Below, in pieces: positions 39,480-52,400 of a DNA stretch of 64,000 nucleotides. The position numbers were made by a program, and so were the translations under genes. Below the pieces are notes generated by a model, which searched no databases, had not been told where the DNA came from, and worked only from the letters and a program-made list of their open reading frames with translations. This stretch comes from Chiloscyllium plagiosum (lineage: Eukaryota): the NCBI RefSeq assembly GCF_004010195.1, contig NC_057757.1, positions 7,404,942-7,468,941 of the forward strand, in the 5' to 3' direction. How positions within the stretch are numbered: the first letter of the stretch is position 1; every line of letters starts with the position of its first letter.

Positions 39480-42400
39480 TTAAACTTCAGTTGAATATCC
39501 TATTGGAAAATTGAACAAGCAACTTGTTTCAAATATTTTTATTAATCCAAATTTCAGAAAGAGTTACACATCCAGGCTTGGTGGTTTTAAGCAGTGCTCT
39601 TATTTTTTTTTCTTTCCCCCACACCACCGCCTAACACTAGTCGTGCTTATATTTTCCCCAGCATGCATAATGTGTGTGTGTATGTATGTGCAGGTGTGAG
39701 ACACAGTGGAAGACAACTGGTGTATATTCCTTTATTCCTTTTCCACCACCAGGAAGAAAGGAAGCACCTCAGTGGCCAGTGACAAATAATGCCCTTCACA
39801 TCTAAAGGCAATGCTGTGTGATCAGAAAAGTGAAGGGGTGGGCAGGGATGAAATCAAAATAGAGTTGGAGGGGTCAATAAAACACTCCACTCCCTGCAGT
39901 GCCCGTCTCTCCCTGAACAGCTCAAAGGTATTGGTAGACACTGCATATTCCTTCTCCAGGGACAACCGGCTCAAACGTAGCCACAGAAGAGGGAGAAGTA
40001 ATTGGTCATTACGACCCCTCCACAGCCCGCTGCCTGGACCTGTTTATAGCCATTCTGAGCAGTGTTCTATATTGGAGATGCCAGTGATTGTAATCAGCTC
40101 AGGGTTCACTTGATTTCAAAGACTTATCTTCCATACTTCCAGTTCGCTTACCCTGTTCTTGAAACCTGTTCAAACAAAAATCAAAATAAAAACATACCCA
40201 TGGTGGCTCAGAAAGAAACCCAGTGGGTTAGGAATACCCACACAACACATCTGGCCATGTACGAATTGGGAGAGATGGTTTCAAAGTGTCAACAGAATAG
40301 TTAACTGTTGAGGGGAGGAGTGGGGGGAGCAGAACCCAAGACATCAGGTGGGTTCATATCATACTTCCACGTACTCTGTTCAAAAACTGTCAAAACAAAT
40401 CTTCCAACAATCTCAAACTGGCATTTTGAATCTCAATTTCCTTAAAAAATGTTCTAGATCTTTCTTTCAACGCCACTTTCAAAATGAAACAAGTATCCTG
40501 ACAAAACATTTCTCATGACAATTTGAGGTCAAACTGGGTGTCTTGCAAAAGAGGTTTAAAGGTGTTCTGAGGACAAGCTAAACTTCTTTTGTTCACATCT
40601 TTTCTACAGTATTTATAAGAAAAAATACTATTTTTCAGCTTTGCAGTGATGCTTTCAGGCGACTCCCTATGTTAGTACTCATTTCAGCTGAAGGTGAGGG
40701 TGCTGTCATTGTAACCTGCATAGGAAATCTCTTTGAGTATGATGCAATTTTCATAGAGAGCTTCTTTCAGTTCACTAGGGGAAAGGGACTTGTGGGTCTC
40801 TTCCTCAGCTGTTCTGAAGCATTATACTTGTTTGTCCACCCGTTCCAGCTCCTGAGTGACATTACACACTGGTTTTACCTCTCTGCACTGAGGTGGAATA
40901 GTTGGGGAAACACTAACAACTCTCTTGCCTTGTTTTGCAAGATAACAGCCCCAGTTGATGGCCGCTCTCGGATTTCTCGCTCGCGTGTTGTTTGATATTC
41001 GTTAAATCAAGGGAGAAGTCCATCTCATCATCAGCCCCAACATTAACGTCCACTTGGAACAGCTGTGATACAAGAAGCATTCAGACATATTCAGAAATTC
41101 GGAAAATAACAAAATTTAAAAATGAAAATATATCCATCTATCCCACTTCAAGCAGAATGGGTTAATTAGTCCATGTACCTCTGATTCATAAAACGTATTG
41201 CATATAAAATCTAAATGCTCTGAGCTGATGCAATAGTCTTTTGGACATAATTATGTCAGCACCTCCCTCTTCCTCCTGGTGAGGAGATAAGGGCCATGTG
41301 TTATATTTGCTTTCTAGGTGAGGAAATAGTTTACTTCCTTTGTGTGAGTTTACTACTTCAAAGCCTTTTCTCAGATCTTAGCAGTTGGGGAAACACTCAA
41401 AATTCCAATTTTCCTTATCTTTCCAGAGCTCAGATACGCAAAAGAAACATTCATAGATCATACAACTTCGAACAGTCCATCGAGACTAGCCAATTGTATT
41501 ATCTGGAATTAAAGATTCACTCACAGTTTTCAAAAATATTTGGACACTCTCTCTGCCCACAGATGGCAATTTTACAAGCAGTAACCTAGTTACAAAACTC
41601 TTGAAATTTACTTTTTACTCAGGACTCTTCCCATAAACTAAATACGAGAGGAAATAAGTTCTGGCATCATTTCCTCGCTTCAATTGGATTCACACAACTG
41701 CATATAATTCCTGAGGATAGTCATACCAAGCCCTGAAGAAAGTAATTCCACGCCAATACTCCCTAGTAGGCTTTTTTGAAAAAAATATAATTTGTGGGAT
41801 GTGCTTGTCACTGGCTTGGGCAGCGTTTATTGCTCCTCCTTAGTTGTGTTTGAGAAAGTGACCAACTCTCTCCCAGGGTGAAGACATTCCTTCTCTTCCA
41901 TCATTGAGGATGGGGATATTTGTGGAGCCACCTCCTCCAATGTGGCAGGATTGGATCTGATTCGTTAGCTTTGCCCTGTCTGGTGCTGATGGCAAGTAGT
42001 CTTGTTTGGTAGATTCACCAGGTGGGCACCTAAATTTCAGGTTTGGCCGGTGCTACGCCTGGCATGCCGTGCTGCGCTCTCCATTGAACCAGAGTTGATC
42101 CCCCTAATTTGATGATTGAGTGTGAGATATGCCAGGGCATGAGGTTTCAGATTGTGCTAGTTCAGGTGACATAACCGCTGATCGTTTCTTAAAGATTGAA
42201 TTAAGGTTACCCCCTCTGAATTTACCAGAGTCTCTGGAATAATAGTTCACTAACAGCGCCACCAGACCACCTCATCCCCTCCAGTCTGGACTGGTCATCA
42301 AACATCTCGTCTAATCTCCCTTTGCAGCATCTGCTCTGAAACCATGCATGTCATGTCATTTCAAATGCTCACCTGAGTCCTTTTTAAATCTGTTACAGGG

Positions 42401-42619
42401 TCACTCTTCAGACAATGATCTCCCGCTACCCACAATCCTATTAGTGAAACCACTTTTCCGCAAATAGCTGAAATTTCCTGCTCGTTAACTTAAATCTGTG
42501 CCTCCAGGTCATTGACCCCTTTACGAGGGGGAAATCTCGACGTCACACCTCGAGACGCCCCTCGTTGTTTTGTACATCTCAATAAGAACCCCTCTGCTTT
42601 CTCGACTCCAAGGAAAATT

Positions 42620-43375
42620 ATGGACTCACGCAGTTAATGGCTGGGTCCTGGGGAATGCTGTTCAACAGCGAGACCTAAGGGTCCAGGAACCTAGTTCTTT
42701 GTAAGTTGCTTCACAGATAGACAGGGTGGTAAAGAGGCTGTTTCACACACTTGCTGTCTTTGTTCAGACCACTGAATATAGGAATTGGGACATCAGGTTG
42801 CAGTTGTACAGACATTAGTGAGGCCACTTTCGGAGTACTGTGCACAGTTCTGGTCGCCCTGCCACAGGAAGGATATTATTAAAATGGAGAGGGTGTGGAA
42901 AATATTTACAAGCACATTATCGGTTCTGCAGAATTTGAGTTATAAGGAGAAAAAACGGGAAGGCTGTGATTTCTTTCCCTGGAGCAGAGACGTTTGAGGG
43001 ATGAGCTCTTAGAGGGTTTTAAAATCATGACGGGGCATAGATAAAGTAAACAGCAAAGGTCTTTTTTCTCAAGTAGGTGAGTTCTAAACTGCAGGGCATA
43101 TGTTTAAGGAGACAGCAGAAAGTTTTTAAAGGGAACTGAAGGGCAATCTTTTAACACAGAGGGCAGTGCATATGTGTAAAGACCTCCAGAGGAAGCAGTA
43201 GAGGCAGGTACAGTAGCAACATTTAAAAGCCATTTGTACAGGTACAGGAACAGAGTGTTTAGAAGAATATGGGACAAATACAGGCAAATTGCATGAGATG
43301 ATCTTGTGAAATGTGGTTGGCATGATTGACTTGGGCCAAAGAATCTGTTTCTGTGCTGTACGGCTTGATGATTCT
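42620..43375 (+). mobile_element. CR1 3' fragment
   Basis: LVRPLSEYCAQFWSP. Confidence 0.8.
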
Positions 43376-44320
43376 CTGATGTAGTAACCCCATGGCCCTG
43401 CATATCTTGTAAACCATCATATTGCTAACGCAGGAGATACTGAGTAAAATCATAAAACTTCCCTTACATCTACATGCTGGCAGTTGTAGCTTGGGTTGCA
43501 TTCAATGTAAATTTTTTCATGACATTGACCTGGAGACTGCCCCAAGTGTAGTAATGGACAGATTTGAAACGATAAATGGTTTACATCACTTACAAATGTT
43601 TTTAATTCTCGTTTTCTCACTATATTTCACTCTCAGTACCTGATGGAATATTGAACCGATTATGTAAATGCAAACATCCTGGTGAACTCTCCTTGTCAAC
43701 TCTTCAATCTGACTGGATTGGTGAGGTAGATGAGTACTTGACCCATTCACAAAGGTCAAGGGAAATGTCCTCACACAGGGTCAAACTGGACTCAAATCAC
43801 ATCCAAATTAGTCTGCACGAATAGGATTAAAGCCCCGTGTCCTAAATTTGACCTGTGTCCTCCCAGTCAACTGATAATGCCAATGGGTCAACGCACTTCA
43901 CATCACAGCTATTATTTTGAGGGTATATTTTCTTGACTTTCATTTGAAAGTAAAAGAATATGCAATAATGAATGCAACATTCGCACTGCCGCTGCAGTGA
44001 TTTAGTTATTGGGCCAGGAATATAGAGCAGTTTGGCATTTTGCAGAGATACACTCAAATCCCATCCATTGCAGGTGGTAAAATTTGAATTCAGGAAAATC
44101 TTGAATCAAAAATCATTGGCATAAGAACCCATCTGGTTCACTGATACCCTTCAGGAAAGGAAATAGGCTACCATTACCCGGTCTAGCCTACTCATGACTC
44201 CAGACCAACAGTAATGTGGTTGACCCTTAACTGCTTCTGAAATGGCTCGATCATGTCTTCCAGTTGTCTCATACCCAGGGCAATTAAGGATTGTCTCAGA
44301 CCCAGGGACAATCACAACAC

Positions 44321-44584
44321 AGCCTGAAAAACATTAATCACTTGCCTCATTCTGTAACCCTGTTTCTTTGCAGACATTTAGTTCAGGCTAAAATCTGCAG
44401 TTTGAAATATACAAGGAACCGTTAAGAAGATTACTGAAGTTTTATGAAACTCGTGGAATTTGTTTACAATCAGCCTTGTCCTGAAAGCTGTTTCAGGCCT
44501 TTTGCCACAGTCCTGATCTATAATTCCAAAGTTGGCCATTTTTTCCCATCATGCAATGTTAAATGAAACCCACAATACCCCACA
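44321..44584 (-). repeat. ERV 3' LTR (truncated; U3 part only)
   Basis: Follows polypurine tract AAAAGGGGG (44588-44596); begins TGTGGGGTATTG; direct repeat of the 5' LTR. Confidence 0.85.
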
Positions 44585-44599
44585 TGTCCCCCTTTTGTC

Positions 44600-45840
44600 T
44601 ATTATGACAATCACTTATGTAGGCACATTGAAAATCCGATTGAAAATGCATTGGCACAAGCAAACAAGTAACACTATTCCTACTAGCATTAGTACCATGA
44701 CCGAAAAAGACTTTAAAGAAACTATCAAACAATCCGTGACCCAACCAACTCAGTGGGCTATAATCATAGAATTCCCTGCCAAGGTCTTGTATGTGGTCAG
44801 CATGTTGCTTAATATGTTCAGCTCGGTTGGTGATATTTTCAGAGGTATCTGGAATATAGGTACAGCACTCCTGACCCACAACAGCACATGCTCCCCCTTG
44901 CGAGGCTGGCAGATAATCCAAAGCCAGTCAATTCTGAAATGCCACTGTCCAAACAGCCACCAGCTCAGCTGAGACCGCAGTGCTTGTCCAGTTGCCTTGG
45001 TTTCCAAAGTTGTCTCATTGGCCAGGTGTTCCAGTGTTGAGGCTGTGTGAACCAATTCGCCGGATGCCCGGCCTATTCTTTGCAACAGAAAGCACAACAA
45101 GAGGGACTGGTCTCGCAGTTCGTGGATAGTAGTGCTTAAGGGAGTTCAGGTGATGCATATAGGGTACAACATAACCTGGACAGAGGATCCTATCCAACTG
45201 GTAGGAAGCCATGTGTACGCTTTGTTGCTGCATATAAGGTATGTGCCATTGTAAGCTGTAAAGTCATCAGCAAAAGGCATCCAAGGCTGTGTGGTGGAAT
45301 GGGCCCATGGACTATCAGATGTAATATTCCAGATCCAGGTCCAATCACAATTAAACATCCCATTTCTTGAAATATTGACTACTGGACCTTGCCAGTCAAA
45401 TGTGAGAGAATATTTGCTTTGCCCCAAGAGCATTCCTTTTCTAAAGCATTGCGATCCTGTGGCATTATTCAAATGGTCTGTAAGGGAAGGAGGAACTGAG
45501 TTGTGATTATATGTGGGCTGATACCATGTCGAAAATGTAGTCATTTCATTACCTGCCGATTTCCATAACCTCAATTCCCCATTAGACCCTGTGTGATTTT
45601 GTCGTAACATCCACTCAACTGTTTATGATATAGGAAGGGGTTGAAGAGGTATTTCTTCCATTGAATGGATGGGGATATGGATACAAACCCAACACCTACT
45701 TATATTTAATTTCTCAGCATACATACATGACATACGTAAATAGATGTTTACATGCAGTTCCTGAAGAGGCTGGTTTGTTAATATCAAATGTTCACTGTTC
45801 AAAAAGTCCAAAGAGTACCAAAATGATGTTCATGCTGTGT
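44600..45840 (-). pseudogene. env: ERV env remnant (gamma-type)
   Basis: CWVC motif in SU; RTAR cleavage-like site; ISD-like VAFQN*LALDYL; CX6CC (CAVVGQECC); stops and frameshifts. Confidence 0.85.
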
Positions 45841-46870
45841 CATCGACCGGTTGAGGAGAAATATGATTCCAATCAGATAGATGGACCCAATTGCAAAGTC
45901 CTTCAATTTTGACTGAGGTTGGGTGTTGCTAGTAGCACTTGAAAGGGGCCACTCCAGTGGTGTCCTAATTAGTTTCTTTCCCAATTCTTGACCAACACAT
46001 AATCCCCTGGGTTTACTCGTGGATACTGGGATGCGATCATGTTTTCTTCATCTGGCAATGCGATTGGTGGACCTGCAACTGAAGAAACTTCAGAGAAAGT
46101 GTTAATTGCTTTAAGTAATTCTGCAATTGCTCACCCATTACGTGGAGATCTATGGCCTTTAGGGTTTCAGTATGAACATCCCACAGAGTCCTCATTGGCA
46201 GACCATAAACTATGTCTGCAGTTGATCGTCCGGTCCGTCAATGTGGAGTCACTAGCATGTGAAAAAGTGCTAAGGGAAAAGCTTTGAGCCAATTTAACCT
46301 CTTTTCTTTGACTAATTTAGATGAGTTTTCTTTTAAGGCACTGTTAGCCCGTTCCACAGTCCCCGCTGTCTGCGGAAGATGCACGCTGCTGTTTAATTGA
46401 AAGCGTTTCAGTAATTCAGCATTGATTGTGGCCCATTGTCTGAGCTTATCATTTGATGTAACCCAAAGCAGGGAATAACTTCAGTTAGCAATATTTTTCA
46501 CTACTGTATGTGCAGAACAATTAGTGGGGAAGTCTTCAATCCATTTCCTAAATACATCGACCATCACTAAACAGTATTTATAACATTTGTACCAGGTAAT
46601 TCAATAACATTAAGATGTATACAAGCAAAAGGACCATCTCGCGGGGGGTAGTCGTGGAAGGCCAGTTAATACCTTTGCCTTACCTATGCAAATAGGGCAT
46701 CGATCTCGCCACATTTGAGCTGCTGTATTCAAATCTGGGTGCCATGAGGCTTTAAAAAAATGCTGTACCGATCCTTCCTTGCCATGTTGGGTACAATTGT
46801 GCGAGTAATCAATACGCACTGGTAACAAAGAATCAGGAATACAAACCCGACCCACCGGTGTTAGCCAGAC

Positions 46871-46947
46871 TCGGAGATGCCGGTGTTGGACTGGGCTTCC
46901 ATTTAAACCTGTTGGGACTATAACCTGGTGTTGTGTGATTTTTAACT
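46871..46947 (+). mobile_element. 77-bp Penelope-end insertion in ERV pol
   Basis: TSD GTGTTAGCCAGAC at 46858-46870 and 46948-46960; matches 865-907. Confidence 0.8.
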
Positions 46948-47780
46948 GTGTTAGCCAGACGTCTCGTGTCGAGGAATGCGAACATCCCATCCACCTCCAA
47001 AGTGCACATTCAGATTCAGAGGTGCTTCTCTGTAAAGTTTAAATTGCAGTTAGATCTTCCATGTCCTTTGTCCCTGAAGTAGCTACTTGATTTCGAGCCT
47101 GATTCCTGTTAGTTGCACCAACTAAAATGGCTGATGCAGCAGTCTCCTTAGCAGCCGAATCAGCATGGGCATTTACTCATTGTACCGGAGTGACAACTTT
47201 CGCGTGCGCAGTACATTGAATAACAGCCAATTGATGAGGAAGGCGAATAGCATTGAGGAGATTTTCAACCGAAAGAGCATCTTGAATGGGAGTCCCCGTA
47301 GAATCAAGGAAGTCTTGCGGCTGCCAGAGGCAACCAAACTCATGGACAACACCGAATCAGTATAAATGTTAGCAATTTTATCAACGAAGTGAATGCAAGC
47401 TCTAATGAGGGCAAAAACATTGGCTTTCTATGCAGATACAGGGGTCTGAAAAGCAGCAGACTCTTGAACAGCAGTGTCTGCTGCTATAACATAGCCTGGC
47501 TGCTGGACACCGTCCAGGGAAACAGAGGACATTCCCAAAAATACGAAGCATGAGTTCGAGATTTTCCAATGGGAAGACTGCCAAATCCAGGCAAGGTACA
47601 GTAAGTAAGTGAATCCTAAGCAACCAGTCATGGGGTGGGAATCAGGAAGATCGTCAGGAGGTTGCTCAAGGAATGTAGCAGGATTCAAATTGGAGCAGGA
47701 GCGAAACGATGGGTAAGGCTTCTGCAACAGTGGGATCTCAGGACTAGCTTAGCTGACGTGTTGGGTCTGCTGAGACCATG

Positions 47781-48114
47781 AAACCATAAGACATAGGAGT
47801 GGAAATAAGGCCATTCGGCCCATCGGGTCCATTCCACCATTCAATCATGGCTGATGGGCGTTTCAACACCACTTACCCGCACTCTCCCTGTTGCCCTTAA
47901 TTCCCTGCAAGATCAAGAATTTATCAATCTGTGCCTTGACGACATTTAACGTCCCGGCCTCCACTGCCCCCGTGGCAATGAATTCCACAGGCCCACCACT
48001 CTCTGGCTGAAGAAATGTCTCCTCATTTCCGTTCTAAGTTTGCCCCTTCTAATGGGTCCTAGTTTCCCCACCGAACGGAAACAAATTCCCAACATCCACC
48101 CTTTCTAAGCCATG
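47781..48114 (-). mobile_element. CR1 3' fragment inserted in ERV pol
   Basis: CR1 3' UTR; CCATG at both junctions. Confidence 0.75.
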
Positions 48115-49083
48115 CTTCGACGTGAGGAAGGTGACAACGGAGTGCGAGATGTACACCAGTACGGGCTGGTGAATGGTCAGATTAGAGGCTGCCTGTTACT
48201 AACAAGTGGGCAACGTTTCGGAGTTGAATGCGGGGAGGGAGACCACAGGCAACAGGATCCAATTGAGTGGAATAATAGGCTACTGGGCGATGACGGTCAC
48301 CGTGCTGGTCACTTAGGACACCAGTGGCTCGTTCATCTGGTACATTAACATAAAACTGAAAGGATCGGTCAAATAGCGGGCGGCCTTTGAGGGCATTAAC
48401 TGACTGCATGGCCGAGTCAGACAACTGAAATTTAAGGGGAGCCTTCGGAGAGGAATAAGGAGTTCGGAAGCCACTGCCTGCAAATTTGTCCAGCCCCAAA
48501 ATGGCTCTCATCCTTTTGGGTGAGTTGGGGCAAGATTTGTAAGATGGGGCAATCCACTCCTGAGTAAGGGAACGGTCAGTAGGACTAATTAACACACCCA
48601 AAGATTTAAGCTGTGATTGACCTTTATGAACCTTAGTGGTTGGGATCACATATTCTCACGAATGGAGATGTGTGATGAGGTAAACAGTGTTCTGCCGGTC
48701 ATTAACCAAATCAGGGCTAGCAAGAAGTATCTTTCTCAGCCCTAGCATCTTTACAGCGTTTTTGCCTGAATCACTATTCACCTTTCATCTACTCCTCCAC
48801 AGTCAGCCTTTAACTTCTCCCAGCTCCTGCACATCTGTCTGTCCATTCTCAAGTACATTATTCCTCCAACTGGCCAAAAAGGCATTTCTCTCTTCACTGT
48901 CTGCTTTTTTTTTGTCATTCTTTAATTAATAATTTCTACTTTTTCCTGTAGGTTCTGTCTTAAATTAGGCTCACTGCCTGCTCACAAACGGCTACATCAC
49001 AGGCCCCCCTACCATCCTGACCTGCACAGAGGATACAGAACACTCATTTCATACAGAGTTGCAACTTGCTTACAATAGCAATC

Positions 49084-49213
49084 GATTCCTGAAGAAGGGC
49101 TAATGCCCGAAACGTCGATTCTCCTGTTCCCTAGATGCTGCCTGACCTGCTGCGCTTTTCCAGCAACACATTTCCATCTCTGATCTCCAGCATCTGCAGA
49201 CCTCACTTTCTCC
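49084..49213 (+). mobile_element. Short Penelope terminal-repeat insertion with intact hammerhead core
   Basis: CTGAAGA-AGGGC TAAT GCCC-GAAA-CGTC; TSD TACAATAGCAATC at 49071-49083 and 49214-49226. Confidence 0.85.
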
Positions 49214-50354
49214 TACAATAGCAATCACAAGGGCAAGGGCTCCCATATTTCTTTCAACAACCGAATATCACGCAACGTCACAGTTATCAGTGTCTTCAGA
49301 TTTCTAAACTACATTTGCAAAATTTCAATCTTCACCAATTCCACGCAAAATCGTATAATCTGGAATTAAAGCTTAGACATTAAATCAGTATTTAGAAATT
49401 TACTCTGGCTGGAAAATGAAACTGCAAACATGATAATTTCAAGTCCCAAGAAAAAGTTTAACTAAGCTTTAAGACACAACCTTTTTCAATCAACCTCTCC
49501 TGGCAAATATACACTTAAATTAGTACAGCAAGTCCCTGAAAAGGAACTAACGTTAACCATACAGAATCTAAACTAAAAAAAAGCACAAACAGCAGTTTAA
49601 AATCACCATGGATTCCCAACATGCAGACCCAAAATCAAAGCATTCCCAGATCTCGAGTTCTTGGGGATAAAGAAAACAAAGATAACAGAAGAGCACATGT
49701 AACCACCAATAAACAAAGATACTTCCATCACGGAACACAGAGGTAACAGCCAGATCAGTGAGCGCAAAAACTAGCAGCCTGTTGCTTTCTCTCTCTATCT
49801 CCCTTTCTACTCGAAGTTTTTTTCTGTAATTTTTGCCAATTGTTAAATGGGATTGCAATTCTAAGTGCTATCAGGTGAAAATAACTCGCCAGTTTCCTGT
49901 GCTCATGTCACCCGTTTGCTGTTAAATTCACAGTTTTGGAATCAATTCCCTATTCTTTGGGAAGTTTCCACCACATGCACCATCGCAATTAATCAAAAAA
50001 TTCACACTGGACGTACGTTAATTCGTATATGACAATTTACCAAGTTGTCCATTTGACACAAAGAATTTACAAAAACGTTCCCTCTCTCAGAGAGGCCAGT
50101 AACCCTGTAAACATTTTCCTGATCAGGTACTTTCTCGGAGTTCCACCTTCCTAACTACATTGTCCCATTGCACGTCATCATTCCTTCCTCTGCTATGTAC
50201 AAATTTCCACCAGCAATACCAATACTACGGAGTGAGAAAGTCATGGACCCTGCCCTGTTTTAACTACTGGAGCAATATAGTATAGCCAGCATCACACTGC
50301 AGCAATCTAGAGCAATCTTGCGTGTGACTAGCCTTTGTAGTTGGCCAGGGCTAG

Positions 50355-50837
50355 TCAGAAAAGGTTAGAGAATGTTAAGGACGTCTGATTGCAGTAAGAA
50401 TCCCGGCCCTGCCTGCAAGGCAATGGACAAGCCCTGGTGTAGTGTTCCACCTTTCTACGGTTAAAGCATGCGTTACGAGATGGGGATCCTGGTGATGAAA
50501 CACAAGGGGTCAGTGGGAAATTATTCGTACCTTATAGGACAGACAGTGGACCACGACTAAACCCAGTTTTCGGGGTTTAAAGGGTTTGTCATACCTGAAT
50601 GGCCTGGTAAGTTTGGTTCTCAGCAGCAGGTCAGGGATTGATGAGTGGATAATTGGCAGGGAGTGGCTGCTCATCTGCAGGCTGAAGAGAAATATTATGA
50701 ATAGAGCTATTTGGCAGGGAGGTGGAGGGCTGTTGTTCCGATGAGGGGTCAATGCGAGATCTGGGGTGTTGTGTCAGAAGCTGTGTGGCAGCTGAAGCAA
50801 AAATAGAAGGTCAGGTCGGGGCTGGGGGAGGGGGACT
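50355..50837 (-). pseudogene. gag: ERV gag C-terminal remnant
   Basis: Degenerate CCHC knuckle CFNRRKVEHYTRAC at 50427-50468; in-frame TGA at 50355-50357. Confidence 0.7.
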
Positions 50838-51627
50838 GTTGAAACTTTATTGCTGGAACAGCACAGCAGGTCAGGCAGCATCCAGGGAACAGGAGATTCG
50901 ACGTTTCGGGCACAGGCCCTTCTTCAGGAATGAGCAGAGAGTGTTCAGCAGGAGAAGATAAAAGGTAGGGAGGAGGGACTTGGAGGAGGGGCGGGGGAAA
51001 TGTGATAGGTGGAAAGAGGCCCCACCTACGTTCGTGACACCACCCACGCCCTCCACCTCCTCCAAGGCTTCTGTTTCCCCGGCCTCCAACGCTTCATCTT
51101 CACCATGGATATCCAATCCTTCCATCCGCCATGACCAGGGCCTCCAAGCCCTCTGTTTATTCCTCTCCAGGTGTCCCCAACAGTACCCTTCCACTGACAC
51201 TCTCATTCGTTTGGCCGAACTGGTCCTCACCCTTAACAATTTCTCCTTCGAATCCTGGTTGAAACTTTATTGCTGGAACAGCACAGCAGGTCAGGCAGCA
51301 TCCAGGGAACAGGAGATTCGACGTTTCGGGCACAGGCCCTTCTTCAGGAATGAGCAGAGAGTGTTCAGCAGGAGAAGATAAAAGGTAGGGAGGAGGGACT
51401 TGGAGGAGGGGCGTTGGAAACTCCGACCTATCACCCTCACCTTGACCTCTTTCCACCTATCACATTTCCAACGCCCCTCCTCCAAGTCCCTCCTCCCTAC
51501 CTTTTATCTTCTCCTGCTGAACACTCTCTGCCCATTCCTGAAGAAGGGCCTGTGCCCGAAACGTCGAATCTCCTGTTCCCTGGATGCTGCCTGACCTGCT
51601 GTGCTGTTCCAGCAATAAAGTTTCAAC
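50838..51627. mobile_element. Young rearranged Penelope insertion: two direct terminal repeats, RT fragment, one inverted repeat
   Basis: Repeats start at 50838 and 51258; inverted copy 51465-51627; RT fragment LIRLAELVLTLNNFSF. Confidence 0.85.
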
Positions 51628-52261
51628 TTTGATACATGAATAGGCAAGGAATAGAGGGATACGGACAGCGCAGAGGCAAAAGGTTTTTAGTTTACAAAGG
51701 TGTCATGCATCAGCACAGGCTATGTGGGCCAAAGGGCCTGTTTCTGTGGTGTGCTTTGAATTATCAGGTATAAGATGGAATGTAGGTTTGAGGTTAAAAT
51801 CAGACCAGCCATGATTTGATTGAACAGGGGATCAGACTGGAATGGCAGAGTGACTCCACGGTTCCTTGTTTGTCTGTTTATAAAGAATGACAGCCCATTT
51901 ATATTGATCAGTAAGAGAATACTGACAGGATTTAACTGGTTAATAATCACACAAAATATAATGGGTGAGGTTAGAAAAAAAAATTGACACAAGGGATTGT
52001 TTAGAATTCCTACAGTGTGGAAGAAGGCCATTCAACCCATCAAGTCAACACTGACCCTCTGAAGAGCATCCCACACCATCCCTATAACCCTGCATTTTCC
52101 ACGGCCAATCCACCGAGCCTGCACATCTTTAGACTGTGAGGGGAAACCCATGTAGACACAGGGAGAACACGGAAACTCCACGCAGTCACCCGAGAGTGGG
52201 ATTGAACTCGGGTGTTACGACATGGTTAATTTAAAACCAGCAACACAAAAAACATTTATCC

Positions 52262-52400
52262 TGTGCAGTATGTCCATGGTGAAGATGAGGCGTTGGGGAC
52301 CGGGGAAGCGGAAATCCTGGAGGAGGTGGAGGGCGTGGGTGGTGTCACGAACGTAGGTGGGGAGTTCTTGGACTAATGGGGACAGGACCGTGTCGAGGTG
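52262..52400 (-). mobile_element. Penelope RT fragment
   Basis: Reverse complement resembles 51020-51110. Confidence 0.7.

Larger units (their letters stand above)
45850..48730 (-). pseudogene. pol: ERV pol remnant (RT C-terminal half, RNase H, integrase)
   Basis: ILLAS immediately after a missing YxDD; RPVAYYSTQLDPVACG; LNPATFL; ANIYTDS; ADSAAK; CLVMVDVFRKWIEDFPT. Confidence 0.85.

Noticed and set aside
44559..45811. Domesticated env (syncytin-like) gene
   Set aside because: Multiple stops and frameshifts, including in the ISD
50200..50340. Possible retroviral protease (CDAG)
   Set aside because: Motif too degenerate, with no supporting downstream GRD motif
50838..51420. Direct repeats with a spacer (CRISPR-like)
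   Set aside because: Only two long copies of a Penelope terminal repeat, in a eukaryote
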